From Planctomycetota bacterium (GTDB lineage Bacteria; Planctomycetota; UBA1135; GCA-002686595): a DNA stretch of 64,000 bases. A program made the position numbers and the translations under genes. Below, piece by piece: positions 34,828-44,014 of the stretch. Within the stretch, counting starts at the first letter, position 1. Every line of letters begins with the position of its first letter. The stretch covers positions 2,098 to 66,097 of the forward strand of contig DUDB01000072.1 in NCBI GenBank assembly GCA_012959525.1, given 5' to 3'. A model generated the notes under the pieces. The model was not told where the DNA came from, ran no database searches, and saw only the letters and a list, made by a program, of their open reading frames with translations.

Positions 34828-36258
34828 TCAGTAGCCGATGGCCTTGAGGGCCTCGAGCATGGCCTCATCCAGCTCGGGGGCCTCGCCTCGGCCTCCCTGT
34901 TCAGGGGAGGTCTCACGGGCGCGTTTCTCGAAGAGCTGCATGACCGCCTGCAGCTGCTCGAGAAGCTCCGGTTTGCTCTTCTTCAGGTTCTGGGTCTCGC
35001 GGGGGTCGTCCGTCAGGTTGTAGAGCTCCTCTCGGACCACCGGGCCCCAGGGGTCGAAGTCTACTTTGAGGGCCGCCTGTTCGTGTTTGCGCTCGTTGCG
35101 CACTAGCTCGGTGCGTTGGCGGAGATTGAGCCACTTGCGTGTCTGGATGTACTTCCAAGGGCCCACGGTCACGCTGCGTAGCACGTTCCTGTGCTGGATC
35201 AGGAGTTCGCTCAGCGTGGGGGTACGCTCCGTTAGGGGCCGCCCTTGGGGATCGATAAGCCTGTGACCATCGCTGGGCTCCGTGGATTCGATGCCCTGTA
35301 GTTGTTGAACGGTGGGCAGCACGTCCACCAGGGAGACTCGCTCGGGGATCCGCGACGGTTCGAGGGTACCGGGCCACCAGAAGATGAGAGGCACGTGCAG
35401 GACCTCCTGATAAAGAGTCCAGGCATGCTCCACGAAACCGTGCTCCAAGAACTCCTCACCGTGGTCGCTGGTGATCACGACCAGGGTGTTGTCGGCCACA
35501 CCCTGTGCTGTGAGTCCATCGAAGAGGCTCTTCAATGCCTGGTCGGTCCAGGTGATCTCCGCGTCGTAGCGCACCTGCTGATCTTCAAAAAGCGGATCGC
35601 CCGGGCCGAAGCCCTTGGATACGTACTCGGGAACCCGCTTGCGTAACTGGGTGTACAGGCCCACCGGGTCGGGGTGGATCTCGTCGGTGTAGCGCAACAT
35701 CAGCTCCTCGGGCGGGTCATAGGGCCCGTGAGGATCGAAGTAGTGCAGGTACATCATGAACGGGTCGTCGCCGCATTCGCGGACGAACTCAAGGGCGCGC
35801 TCGGAGAGCGCCTGGCCCTTTCCGCTCACCCCGCCCTTCTTGACCAGGTGCTCCACGCTCTCGAAGCCGCGGGCGTAGGCGGGGTCGGGGAGCATCAGGG
35901 TCGTCGTGAAGAACCCCGTGCGGTAGCCCTCCTGGGCGTAGGACGTACCCAGGGTCGGCAGGTGTTCGGGGGGGGTGGCGTACCAGCCGATACTGCCGCT
36001 CGTGGAGGGCAGATAGCCCGTGAGGAGTGCCGAGACGGACTCGCGTGTGAAGGACGACACGGACTGGGCGTTCTCGAAGACCATGCCCTGCTGGGCGATC
36101 TCATCCAGGAATGGAGATGTGTCGCGTTCGTAGCCGTGCAGGCCCAAGTGGTCGGCACGCAAGGTATCCACGACTATCACGACCAAGTTGCTGCGCGCGG
36201 GTTCGGACGGTGAACCGCAGGCGAAAAGCAGGGCTAGGGCAGATGCAGGAACACGCAT
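34828..36258 (-). CDS. Sulfatase-family (alkaline-phosphatase superfamily) protein with Thr at the nucleophile position
   Basis: NLVVIVVDTLRADHLG, SVSSFTRESVSALLTG, ITSDHGEEF. Lipoprotein-like N-terminus LALLFACGS. Confidence 0.85.
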   Translation of the reverse strand: MRVPASALALLFACGSPSEPARSNLVVIVVDTLRADHLGLHGYERDTSPFLDEIAQQGMVFENAQSVSSFTRESVSALLTGYLPSTSGSIGWYATPPEHLPTLGTSYAQEGYRTGFFTTTLMLPDPAYARGFESVEHLVKKGGVSGKGQALSERALEFVRECGDDPFMMYLHYFDPHGPYDPPEELMLRYTDEIHPDPVGLYTQLRKRVPEYVSKGFGPGDPLFEDQQVRYDAEITWTDQALKSLFDGLTAQGVADNTLVVITSDHGEEFLEHGFVEHAWTLYQEVLHVPLIFWWPGTLEPSRIPERVSLVDVLPTVQQLQGIESTEPSDGHRLIDPQGRPLTERTPTLSELLIQHRNVLRSVTVGPWKYIQTRKWLNLRQRTELVRNERKHEQAALKVDFDPWGPVVREELYNLTDDPRETQNLKKSKPELLEQLQAVMQLFEKRARETSPEQGGRGEAPELDEAMLEALKAIGY

Positions 36259-36265
36259 GGGTTGA

Positions 36266-38233
36266 TCATTCTACCTGCTCGGTGATGCACCACAGCTTGG
36301 TGGTGGGGTCTTTGAACAAACGCTGTTCGTCCGGGAGATTCTGGACAGGCCGCAGCAGGAGGGCCTCTTCACCGGAGCGAACCTCTTTGCCACTGGGCCA
36401 GTGTTGGAGTAGCAGATACTCGACGCCTGCATCGCGCAGGTTGCCCAATTGGACTCTACCGGACTGCTTGACTGGTTTCTTGAATTCCCTCCACCAGGAA
36501 TCCGATGCGGTGCGCAGGCGCTCGTGTAGTCGGACCCGTGCAGTTCCATTGGCGTTCACCGCCACGGGCGTGAGTTGGAGTTCCCTGCCGAATAGGGGAT
36601 AGATCAGCGAGTGGCTCGGCGGATCGTAGGACTGGACGGCCACCCGGGTCCCCGAGGGCAATTGTTCCAGGGCCTTCCAGCCAGCACCGAGCTTGCGAAC
36701 TGTCGCGTAAAGATGCTCGGCGGTCTGTGCTGCACGGTGGCTCTTGGACTGTGACAAGACCATCAAGAGCAGGAGGCAAGCGGCGAAGCCGGGGCCACGC
36801 AGGATGCCGGGCATTGGCCGGACTGCGGTCTGGTGTTCCGGCTTGGCGCGCCAAAGAGTGGGAAGAAGTAGGAGTCCCAGTAGGAACGGGTAGGTCAGGA
36901 AGCGGGAGTCGAACCAGGCTGGCGCGTCCGGTCGGTTGGCGCTGGCCGAGAAGGGCTGCATGGGGAATAACAGGACAAACACCAGTGCGCTGCCCGTCAG
37001 GAGCCACAGGTGTCCACGTGTGGCCGGGTCTTTCGTGCGTCGTGCGGTGACTCCCCCCACGGCGATGCCCACAACCGCGAGCCATCCCAGCCACGCTGGC
37101 CAGTTCAGGAGTTCCTCGTGCAGGGCCTGCCATGTTTGGGCCTCGTTCCACCCCGCGCGCAAGAACGCCAACAGGGACGTGACGTGCTGAGTTTGGGCGT
37201 CGAACGGTCCCGGGAAGGGCCCCAATTCGGCGGGGTAGACCGGGTTTCCCGTGAGAGCCAGGTTGCGCAGGTACCAATAGCCTCCGGTCACGCCAACGCC
37301 GCCAATAAATGCGGCTATTGGAACCAGGGGCCATTTCCCCGAACGCTTCTTCGCCCAACACAATCCAGCTAGTGCCAGATGTGGCGCTGCCGAGATTTTT
37401 GTGCCCAGGGCTAATCCCCCAGCTAGTCCAGCAAGAAGGGCGCGCGTACCCGGCCGCGAGACTCCTCCGGGATTCCAGGTCATTGCCAGCATGGCGGCTA
37501 GGAGGCTGGCCATGGAGAGATCAGGGGAGGCGAAGTAGGGCAATCGCTCTGCCACTCTGGGCGAGAGCAGAAAACCCGCCAAGGCTAGAGCCGCCAGCCA
37601 GCGTGCCTGGCCAAGGCGGTGCGCATGGACGACCCATACGGCGACCAAAATTGCGATCCATATCAACGAGGCCAGATTGGCGTAGGCGTCGATGCCGTGG
37701 GGCAGCATGAACCACAGAGCCTGAACCTCTGAGTTCATCGGGAAGTAGGACTGGTAGTTGAAGGGGGGCAGGCTGAGATCGCCTTGCTGGATCCACCAGG
37801 CGGGAGCCACGGCGTGGTAGCTGAGAGTGTCCCACCCGAAGAGAGTCCCCGAGCCCACCACAGCCCAGGCGGAGACAATCGAGACTAGTACGACTATGGC
37901 CGTGGCGGGCCAGCGCCAGGGGGGAGGCGCTGGATCTCTGGTGTCTTCATCGACGGCCGGTGTGGGCCGCCCCAGCCAGGCTTCGGCCAGAACTCCGACT
38001 CCCATGACGACCGCGATGCCTCCGGCCGTCAACTGGCCCGCCAGGCCACAGGCTAGCAAGCTGACCTGGGCAACACTGGCGAACAGGATCAGCGTGGTTA
38101 GGGCACGTTCACCTGGTGCCAGATTGGGCAAGAGGCGCCGCGACCAGCGCGAAGCCAACCATAGCGCCGCCCCGGTCTGACCGACGAACAGAACATCAGA
38201 CAGTGTTCCCACTCTCGCCGAATATGTCGCCAC
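36266..38233 (-). CDS. Polytopic membrane protein, GT-C-fold glycosyltransferase-like (ArnT/PMT-like), with a C-terminal soluble domain
   Basis: 655 aa with at least 10 hydrophobic segments over the first 470 aa or so. A periplasmic-loop motif GWDTLSYH lies early. The soluble C-terminal domain is about 170 aa. The family assignment is tentative. Confidence 0.6.
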   Translation of the reverse strand: MATYSARVGTLSDVLFVGQTGAALWLASRWSRRLLPNLAPGERALTTLILFASVAQVSLLACGLAGQLTAGGIAVVMGVGVLAEAWLGRPTPAVDEDTRDPAPPPWRWPATAIVVLVSIVSAWAVVGSGTLFGWDTLSYHAVAPAWWIQQGDLSLPPFNYQSYFPMNSEVQALWFMLPHGIDAYANLASLIWIAILVAVWVVHAHRLGQARWLAALALAGFLLSPRVAERLPYFASPDLSMASLLAAMLAMTWNPGGVSRPGTRALLAGLAGGLALGTKISAAPHLALAGLCWAKKRSGKWPLVPIAAFIGGVGVTGGYWYLRNLALTGNPVYPAELGPFPGPFDAQTQHVTSLLAFLRAGWNEAQTWQALHEELLNWPAWLGWLAVVGIAVGGVTARRTKDPATRGHLWLLTGSALVFVLLFPMQPFSASANRPDAPAWFDSRFLTYPFLLGLLLLPTLWRAKPEHQTAVRPMPGILRGPGFAACLLLLMVLSQSKSHRAAQTAEHLYATVRKLGAGWKALEQLPSGTRVAVQSYDPPSHSLIYPLFGRELQLTPVAVNANGTARVRLHERLRTASDSWWREFKKPVKQSGRVQLGNLRDAGVEYLLLQHWPSGKEVRSGEEALLLRPVQNLPDEQRLFKDPTTKLWCITEQVE

Positions 38234-38539
38234 AGATCATGGCCTTCCAGCCTTTCCCCCTGATTCCAAGAACATCTCGTCCGCCGGGGGCCATGTGCCG
38301 TGGAAGGCTACTGGTGGTGCCCCGGTCTTGAGTTCGGAGTGGGCTCCTCCAACTTCAATCGGTGTTGGCTGGGAAGGCCCTGTCCGTCGTCGAAGTGGCT
38401 ACTGTGACAGTGCGGAGCCTATTCACGAGGGGGGCTGAGTGTCGATCGGGGCCCTGCTATCCCATTTGGCGAGGCACCGAATGTGGGGGGGGGGCAGAAA
38501 CCCCTACAGGCGGTGCGTGTTCACTTGAAGTAGATGCCT

Positions 38540-39706
38540 TCAGTCCAGATCCCGTGCATAGAGATTGGCCAGGTCCACGACGCCTCCAATCTCCAGGCGC
38601 AGGGGGCCGCTTTCGGGGGTGCCGGCCAAGACCTTGGCTGTGCAGGGGACGCCATTGACCGCCAGCTCCAGTCGCCCGGCACGGTAGGTACCGCGAAGAC
38701 GGTTCCAACCCGCGGAGAGGGCTGAGGCCAGCGGTTCGGCTGCACTGTCGAGGTGTAGACCCGTCCCGCGGGAGCCGTGGGGCAGGAAGTTCACGGTGGC
38801 TCTTTCTCCGTCGAGCTTCATGTCGAAAATGAACTCGTAGCTCTTGAACGTGCGCTCAGTGGCCAGGGTCAGAGGGCCCTCGTCCGCCTCGGCCCGCAGC
38901 ACCCAATCACGCACGTGCAATCTGTCGCGGTTCTGTGGCGTCAATACCCAGCCGGTGAGATCGACGCCTGTGTAGAGCGTCTCGAATCCCTGCTCGGCCT
39001 GGGCCACGTCCGCCTCGTCGACCGGCGTGTCGGGCAGCACCTTGATGCGCATGTTGCGGTAGTCCACCTGTCCGCCCTCGGACTCCAGGCAGATGTAGCC
39101 CTTGCTGGGGGAGCAGAGATTGCCGCGCGTCACCACCTTGCCGTTGACGGCCAGGGTGATGGAGCCGGCGTTGCAGTGGATGGAGTAGTGATTCCACTCG
39201 GGGCTGGGGTTGGAGCGCGACTCGGTGGGGAAAGCGCGCGATCCCCCGCGACCGTTGACGGGAGTCATGCGCGCCCCGTGGATGGGGAAGATGTCCCCGT
39301 GGGTCGTGTGGGAGTTCGTGTTGCCGTAGCCGTGATCGAGAACCTGCACTTCCACGGAGCGATGGAAGGGCACGCCCCGCGCGGTGATGTCATCCGCCCA
39401 GACGAAGATGCCCGCGTTGCCTCCTGAGACCAGGTGGCGCCACTCCACCTCGAAGATGAAGTTCTGGTACATGCGCGTGGTGCGCAGCTCCCCGGTGGGC
39501 TTGCCGTTGCAGTGCAGCATCCCCTCCCATACCTGCCAGGTGGAGGGTGCCGTGTTGATGGCCCTCCAACCCGTCAGGTCGCGGCCATTGAAGAGCGATT
39601 GGAAGCCGCTCTCGGGTTCGACGGCGGAGTCGGGGGCCTGGGTCCCGACCGCGCTGCAACCGGTGCCAAGCGGCAAGAGCAAGAGCAAGGATTGCGTGAT
39701 GTGCAT
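38540..39706 (-). CDS. Tandem DUF1080 (3-keto-disaccharide hydrolase-like) lipoprotein
   Basis: The ATG at 39704-39706 gives MHITQSLLLLLPLGTGCSA (lipobox). The first DUF1080 has FQSLFNGRDLTGW...EWRHLVSGGNAGIFVWA...ICLESEGGQVDYRNMRIKVL. A second copy has FETLYTGVDLTGW...LRLEIGGVVDLANLYARDL. Confidence 0.8.
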   Translation of the reverse strand: MHITQSLLLLLPLGTGCSAVGTQAPDSAVEPESGFQSLFNGRDLTGWRAINTAPSTWQVWEGMLHCNGKPTGELRTTRMYQNFIFEVEWRHLVSGGNAGIFVWADDITARGVPFHRSVEVQVLDHGYGNTNSHTTHGDIFPIHGARMTPVNGRGGSRAFPTESRSNPSPEWNHYSIHCNAGSITLAVNGKVVTRGNLCSPSKGYICLESEGGQVDYRNMRIKVLPDTPVDEADVAQAEQGFETLYTGVDLTGWVLTPQNRDRLHVRDWVLRAEADEGPLTLATERTFKSYEFIFDMKLDGERATVNFLPHGSRGTGLHLDSAAEPLASALSAGWNRLRGTYRAGRLELAVNGVPCTAKVLAGTPESGPLRLEIGGVVDLANLYARDLD

Positions 39707-39758
39707 GGTCCGTAGCCTAATGTAGGCACCCTTGATTTCGCAGCCTGTAACTCCACCC

Positions 39759-41459
39759 ATGCAACGCCAGATCTTCCCAGTGGTCACTCTCCTCCTACTC
39801 GTGGGTGGCTTGGGCGCCTTGTCTGCGCTTCCCCCCAGCGCCCAGGACCCGGAGCCCGGTCCCGGCTATGCCGAGCGCTTGGACATCTACGGCATTCGCA
39901 TCGAAGCCACCCAGCAGGTCCCGAAGCACTGGATCTACCAGACGGCCCTGATCTATGAACACATGACGCGCGCCAAGGAGCCCCACTCCTTGCGCTCGAC
40001 CCTGTCCACCAACGGGTTCCGCATCCTGCTTGCCGGTGAGGACGAGTCTCTGGGAGATCTGCCCGAATACAGGGATCAGGACATCCCCGACGATGTGGGT
40101 GGCCTGGGCGGCGACCCTGGGGAACCGACCGTTGCCGTGCGCGTGGGCCATGCGCACACCCTGATCCATGAGTTGGCCCACGGGATCTACCACACGGTGA
40201 TCCAGTTCAAGGAACTGGATGGTTCCAGTGACCCAGAGGTGGTCGATGCCCCCCCCGCCAAGGGTTCCTTCACGGCCCGCCTGCACACGGCCTACGAGGC
40301 GGCCCTGGAAGCGGGGACCTGGGCAGGCGTCTATCACGAGGCCCACGCCGATGAGTACTGGGCCGAGGGTGTGACCCTGTGGTTCCGGTGTCCGGAGCGT
40401 AACTTCGCCACGGAACTACGGGCCGAGCTGGAGCCCGGTCAGGCCGAGCTGCTGAGGCGCGACCCGCGCGCTTTCCTCCAGGCCCGCGATCCGGCACTGG
40501 CGGCTCTGGTGGACGAGATCTTCACGGCCGAGGACTGGTGGCCCACCCGAATGGGCTTGCGGGGCCGCGACGGGGTGGAGTTTGCCGGGGGGGATGGGCC
40601 CGATGGTGAGCCGAGAGGGGAGGACGAGGCCCGAACCACTCTGGACCTCTCCGCTCCCACCGAGTTCGTCCTGACGGACATTCCGAAGAGCGGTCCCCTG
40701 TCGTCCTTCGCCCCCAAGTTCACGCGCTACATCCAGGTCTTTGGAGTCACCGTTGTGGCCACCGCCGACCTACCCGAGGACAAGGCTCTGCACGCGGCGC
40801 GCATCCTGGCGGAGTGGATGGACAACGACGAGGATGGGGAGGTGGATGACAGAAAGGTGGCTGCGGAGCTCCTGCGTGGGGGCGCCTTCTTGGTGATGTT
40901 TGCCACGGAGCGGGACGCCCGCCGCGGCCTACGTACCGTGATGGACCGCATCGAGCGTAGCGGCTTCCAGATCGGCCAGGATCTGTACGGAGAGGAGACC
41001 TTTCCAAAGGGCCCGCCCCATGTGAATCGCGCCGGCCGCTTCGACGCCAGCCTGGAGGAGATCTGGCATCTGGTGAGCAACGGTTGGGTCGCCGCCTACC
41101 CCGCCGCCTTCGACTACGCGCCCGGCTCCCTCTTGACCCAGGCCATGGACCTGGCACGGGGCGGGAGGTTCCGCTCCATCCCGCGCGCCTACCCCGAGGA
41201 GGCCTGGTACCACTACGATGACCGGACCTGCGATTACGAGTGCATGGCCGCCGAGTATTTCTACTGGACACTGACCTCCTTGCTCGGGGGCCAGTCCTAT
41301 CCCGGTCGCGCGCAGGAGATCGCTGAGGAGTGGGAGTGCCCCACACCTGAGCTCTTGGAGCGGATGGACCCCGCCGTCCACCGGCTTCTGACGGATCAGA
41401 ATTTCGCCCTCCCCCGTGTTCTGCCGGACGGCGTCTATCGTGGCATGGGACCCCGGTAG
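39759..41459 (+). CDS. Secreted hypothetical protein with one HExxH zinc-metallopeptidase-like motif and an internal duplication
   Basis: The ATG at 39759 gives a signal MQRQIFPVVTLLLLVGGLGALSA. HTLIHELAHGIYH is the HExxH motif. The second half repeats the fold pattern, but with LEEIWHLVSNGW at the equivalent place. Confidence 0.6.
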   Translation: MQRQIFPVVTLLLLVGGLGALSALPPSAQDPEPGPGYAERLDIYGIRIEATQQVPKHWIYQTALIYEHMTRAKEPHSLRSTLSTNGFRILLAGEDESLGDLPEYRDQDIPDDVGGLGGDPGEPTVAVRVGHAHTLIHELAHGIYHTVIQFKELDGSSDPEVVDAPPAKGSFTARLHTAYEAALEAGTWAGVYHEAHADEYWAEGVTLWFRCPERNFATELRAELEPGQAELLRRDPRAFLQARDPALAALVDEIFTAEDWWPTRMGLRGRDGVEFAGGDGPDGEPRGEDEARTTLDLSAPTEFVLTDIPKSGPLSSFAPKFTRYIQVFGVTVVATADLPEDKALHAARILAEWMDNDEDGEVDDRKVAAELLRGGAFLVMFATERDARRGLRTVMDRIERSGFQIGQDLYGEETFPKGPPHVNRAGRFDASLEEIWHLVSNGWVAAYPAAFDYAPGSLLTQAMDLARGGRFRSIPRAYPEEAWYHYDDRTCDYECMAAEYFYWTLTSLLGGQSYPGRAQEIAEEWECPTPELLERMDPAVHRLLTDQNFALPRVLPDGVYRGMGPR

Positions 41460-41489
41460 GAGCCCCACGGCTCAGTCTTCGCTGCCGGA

Positions 41490-43787
41490 CTACCTATCCG
41501 GTTTCCCGATGGGATACGCCTCGCACCATTCGCAGGCGCACTCGGGGTCGATCCAGGGATTGTTGTCAGGCAGGGCGCTGCCCGGCGCATACCCCAGCCC
41601 TGCAAGCGCCTTGAGGGTGGCCTCGTCCGTGCGATAGTCACTGGTCAAGTACTCGGCCACCCGCGAGTCCATCAGCCAGCGCAGGAGCTGGGCTCTCAGG
41701 TCCAGAGCGACCTCGCGGTTATCGTCCAAGACGTTGACCTTGCAGTCGGGATCCGCTTCGAGGTCGAACAGAACCATCGCGTGGTTCGGCACCCGGACCC
41801 CCTCCGAGCGCTGGCGGGCATACAGGTTGTGGTTCAGGTACCACCGACCTCTCTTGGCGGAGGCCTTCAAGGCATGCGCTTGGAGGGCGAAGCGTGTCAC
41901 GGGTTCGCCGGCGGGCTCGGCGTCCAGTCCCAACAGCAGATTCGTTCCGGGAAACTCCGTGCCTCCCAGCCCCGCCAGGTCCAAGAGGGTTCGCCCCACG
42001 TTGACCTGGGTGACGGGTTGTTGAACGAGCCCCATCTGCGGGACCCTTGAGCCCGCCAGGATGAGCGGGATGTGCTGGGTGACCGTGGTCAGGCCCGTGT
42101 GGTCGAAGTTGGGTCCCTGGTCGTAGAGGTTTTCGCCATGGTCACCGACGAAGACCAGCAGGTCGCGTTCGAGTCGCGGTTGACGATCGAGCAACTCGCC
42201 GAGGGCGTTGTCTTGGTAAGTGACCTCGCCTCGGTAGAGCGCCTCCACATAGCGTGGATCCGTGACCTGGCTGCACCAGGAGGGCATCTCGACCTCGCCC
42301 CAGCGACCTGCATTGGCAGGGTCTTTGGGGTCTTCCCCGTCCTCTGGCTGGTACATCGTGTCGTAGGGCGGCGGGGGGCGGTAGGCACCGTGCGCATCGA
42401 ACAGGTGCAGCCACACGAACAGCGGCCTGCCGTCCGTCGACCCGTCCCGCAGCCACTCTTCGAGGATGGCAATGGTCTCCGAGGAGTCTCGGGCGGCGCG
42501 GTCGGGGGAGGACATGCGCTCAAAGCCCTGCTCGATTCCGCCCCAGGCAAGGTGGGCTGCACTCAGGACGGCGAAGGTCCGGTAGCCTCTTTCCGCAAAG
42601 GCCTCGGCCAGGGTCAGGAACTTGGGCGAGGCCGGAATGTCGTTGGAGACGACGCCGTGGTCCTGTACGCCGGTGCCGGTCATGATCGAGATGTGCGCCG
42701 GGTTGGTCACGTTTGCGGCGGCCCAGCAGTCCGTGAAGGCGACTCCCTCCGTGGCCAGCCTGTCCAGGGTGGGCGTGTCCACCTCCATCCGCTCCATGAA
42801 ACCCAGGTAGTCCGCACGGTGGGTGTCACTGGTCAACAGGAGCACGGTACGGGGATCGCTCTGCCGACCATCCACCCGGGGCGGCGTCAGAGCGCAGGCC
42901 GTGACGGTCCCCCCCCGGCCCGGTGCCAGGGAGAGGCGCGCCGTGAGAGTGCCCGCTTGCGCCAAAGAGGCGTCGATCGTCACCTGCTCGGTTCGCCACG
43001 AGTTTACGGGTACCGCAAACTCGTGCTCCGCAAGCGTCCTCCCGGTGTCGTCGATAAACTCAAGGGTCAGGGCTGAATCGGAGTTGTCCCTCAAGCCATC
43101 GGGGGCGGCGAAGTCGAAGCTGAAGTTCAGCCCCGCCTGGGCCTCGAACTTCGTCTCCAGGGGGCGACGGCTGGAGAGACCCGCCGCCATGCGATGATCG
43201 CTCCCCATGGCGGTCATTGCCGGTGCCCTGGGGTCCGGCAACCAGGATTCGGGGGTGGTGCCCAGGAACGTGATGCCTGTAATGGTCAGCGTGTCCAAAC
43301 CCTTGGGGAAGTGGAGGATAACGCGGCCGACGTCGCCGAGTTTCTTACGCACCTTCTGAAGCGGAAACTCCAGGTTCTTGAGTTGGTCCGGATCGGAGTT
43401 TCCAAAGTAGATGCTGGCCCGGTGAAGCTTGTTGCCCTCGGAGTCTTGAAGATCAAGCTGCAGCCGCCCATCACGTGGTGTGCGCATGTCGAGGCGAATG
43501 CGATCGTAGGCACCCTGCGGGACATCCCGGAGCTCAAGTATGCCTTGCTCCTCGAAAGTGAACACGGCTCGCGTGGACCGTATCCGGCCCGTACCCTTGC
43601 GTGCTTTCCAGGAAGCGAGGACCCCCTCCGAATCCCAGTGCTTTAGAACGACGGGTTCAGTCGAGATCTCCTGCACCCCTTCGCAGACCTGGAGGGTGAG
43701 CTGTTTGCCCTGCACCTCCAACTCGGGCAGCGGATCGGAGCAGGCGGCAAGCGCTAAGCCTGCCAGGGTGGATGTGATGCGGCGCAT
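41490..43787 (-). CDS. Lipoprotein with an N-terminal beta-rich region and a C-terminal sulfatase-family (AP superfamily) domain carrying Thr at the nucleophile position
   Basis: LAGLALAACSD lipobox. The first 310 aa or so show no recognisable motif. Then VLLLTSDTHRADYLG, ANVTNPAHISIMTG, VGDHGENL. Confidence 0.8.
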   Translation of the reverse strand: MRRITSTLAGLALAACSDPLPELEVQGKQLTLQVCEGVQEISTEPVVLKHWDSEGVLASWKARKGTGRIRSTRAVFTFEEQGILELRDVPQGAYDRIRLDMRTPRDGRLQLDLQDSEGNKLHRASIYFGNSDPDQLKNLEFPLQKVRKKLGDVGRVILHFPKGLDTLTITGITFLGTTPESWLPDPRAPAMTAMGSDHRMAAGLSSRRPLETKFEAQAGLNFSFDFAAPDGLRDNSDSALTLEFIDDTGRTLAEHEFAVPVNSWRTEQVTIDASLAQAGTLTARLSLAPGRGGTVTACALTPPRVDGRQSDPRTVLLLTSDTHRADYLGFMERMEVDTPTLDRLATEGVAFTDCWAAANVTNPAHISIMTGTGVQDHGVVSNDIPASPKFLTLAEAFAERGYRTFAVLSAAHLAWGGIEQGFERMSSPDRAARDSSETIAILEEWLRDGSTDGRPLFVWLHLFDAHGAYRPPPPYDTMYQPEDGEDPKDPANAGRWGEVEMPSWCSQVTDPRYVEALYRGEVTYQDNALGELLDRQPRLERDLLVFVGDHGENLYDQGPNFDHTGLTTVTQHIPLILAGSRVPQMGLVQQPVTQVNVGRTLLDLAGLGGTEFPGTNLLLGLDAEPAGEPVTRFALQAHALKASAKRGRWYLNHNLYARQRSEGVRVPNHAMVLFDLEADPDCKVNVLDDNREVALDLRAQLLRWLMDSRVAEYLTSDYRTDEATLKALAGLGYAPGSALPDNNPWIDPECACEWCEAYPIGKPDR

Positions 43788-43883
43788 TGTCGCCTGAAGC
43801 GTAGGCCGCTGTAGCCCTTGAGGCCAATTCCAAGGCCTCGAATCCCGTTCGGATGAGTCGATCCGTGTCCGATTGGGGCAGGA

Positions 43884-43960
43884 TGGCGCGCCCGCCAGGA
43901 CTTGAACCTGGGACCGCCGGATTAGAAATCCGGTGCTCTATCCAGCTGAGCTACGGGCGC
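43884..43960 (-). tRNA. tRNA-Arg (anticodon UCU), CCA encoded
   Basis: Hand-folded cloverleaf from the reverse complement: GCGCCCG-UA-GCUC-AGCUGGAUA-GAGC-A-CCGGA-UUUCUAA-UCCGG-CGGUC-CCAGG-UUCAAGU-CCUGG-CGGGCGC-G-CCA. All four stems are perfect. 77 nt. Confidence 0.92.
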
Positions 43961-44014
43961 ACCTGTCGGTGAGCATAGCCTCCCGGGGGGCGCAGGTCGT
44001 GGGGGGGCTCTGGG

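Noticed and set aside
43788-44014. tRNA-Arg as an integration site for a genomic island covering the sulfatase region.
   Set aside because: No integrase or recombinase is in the window. I did not spot a direct repeat of the tRNA 3' end, and I see no obvious compositional break by eye. I could not run a systematic repeat search.
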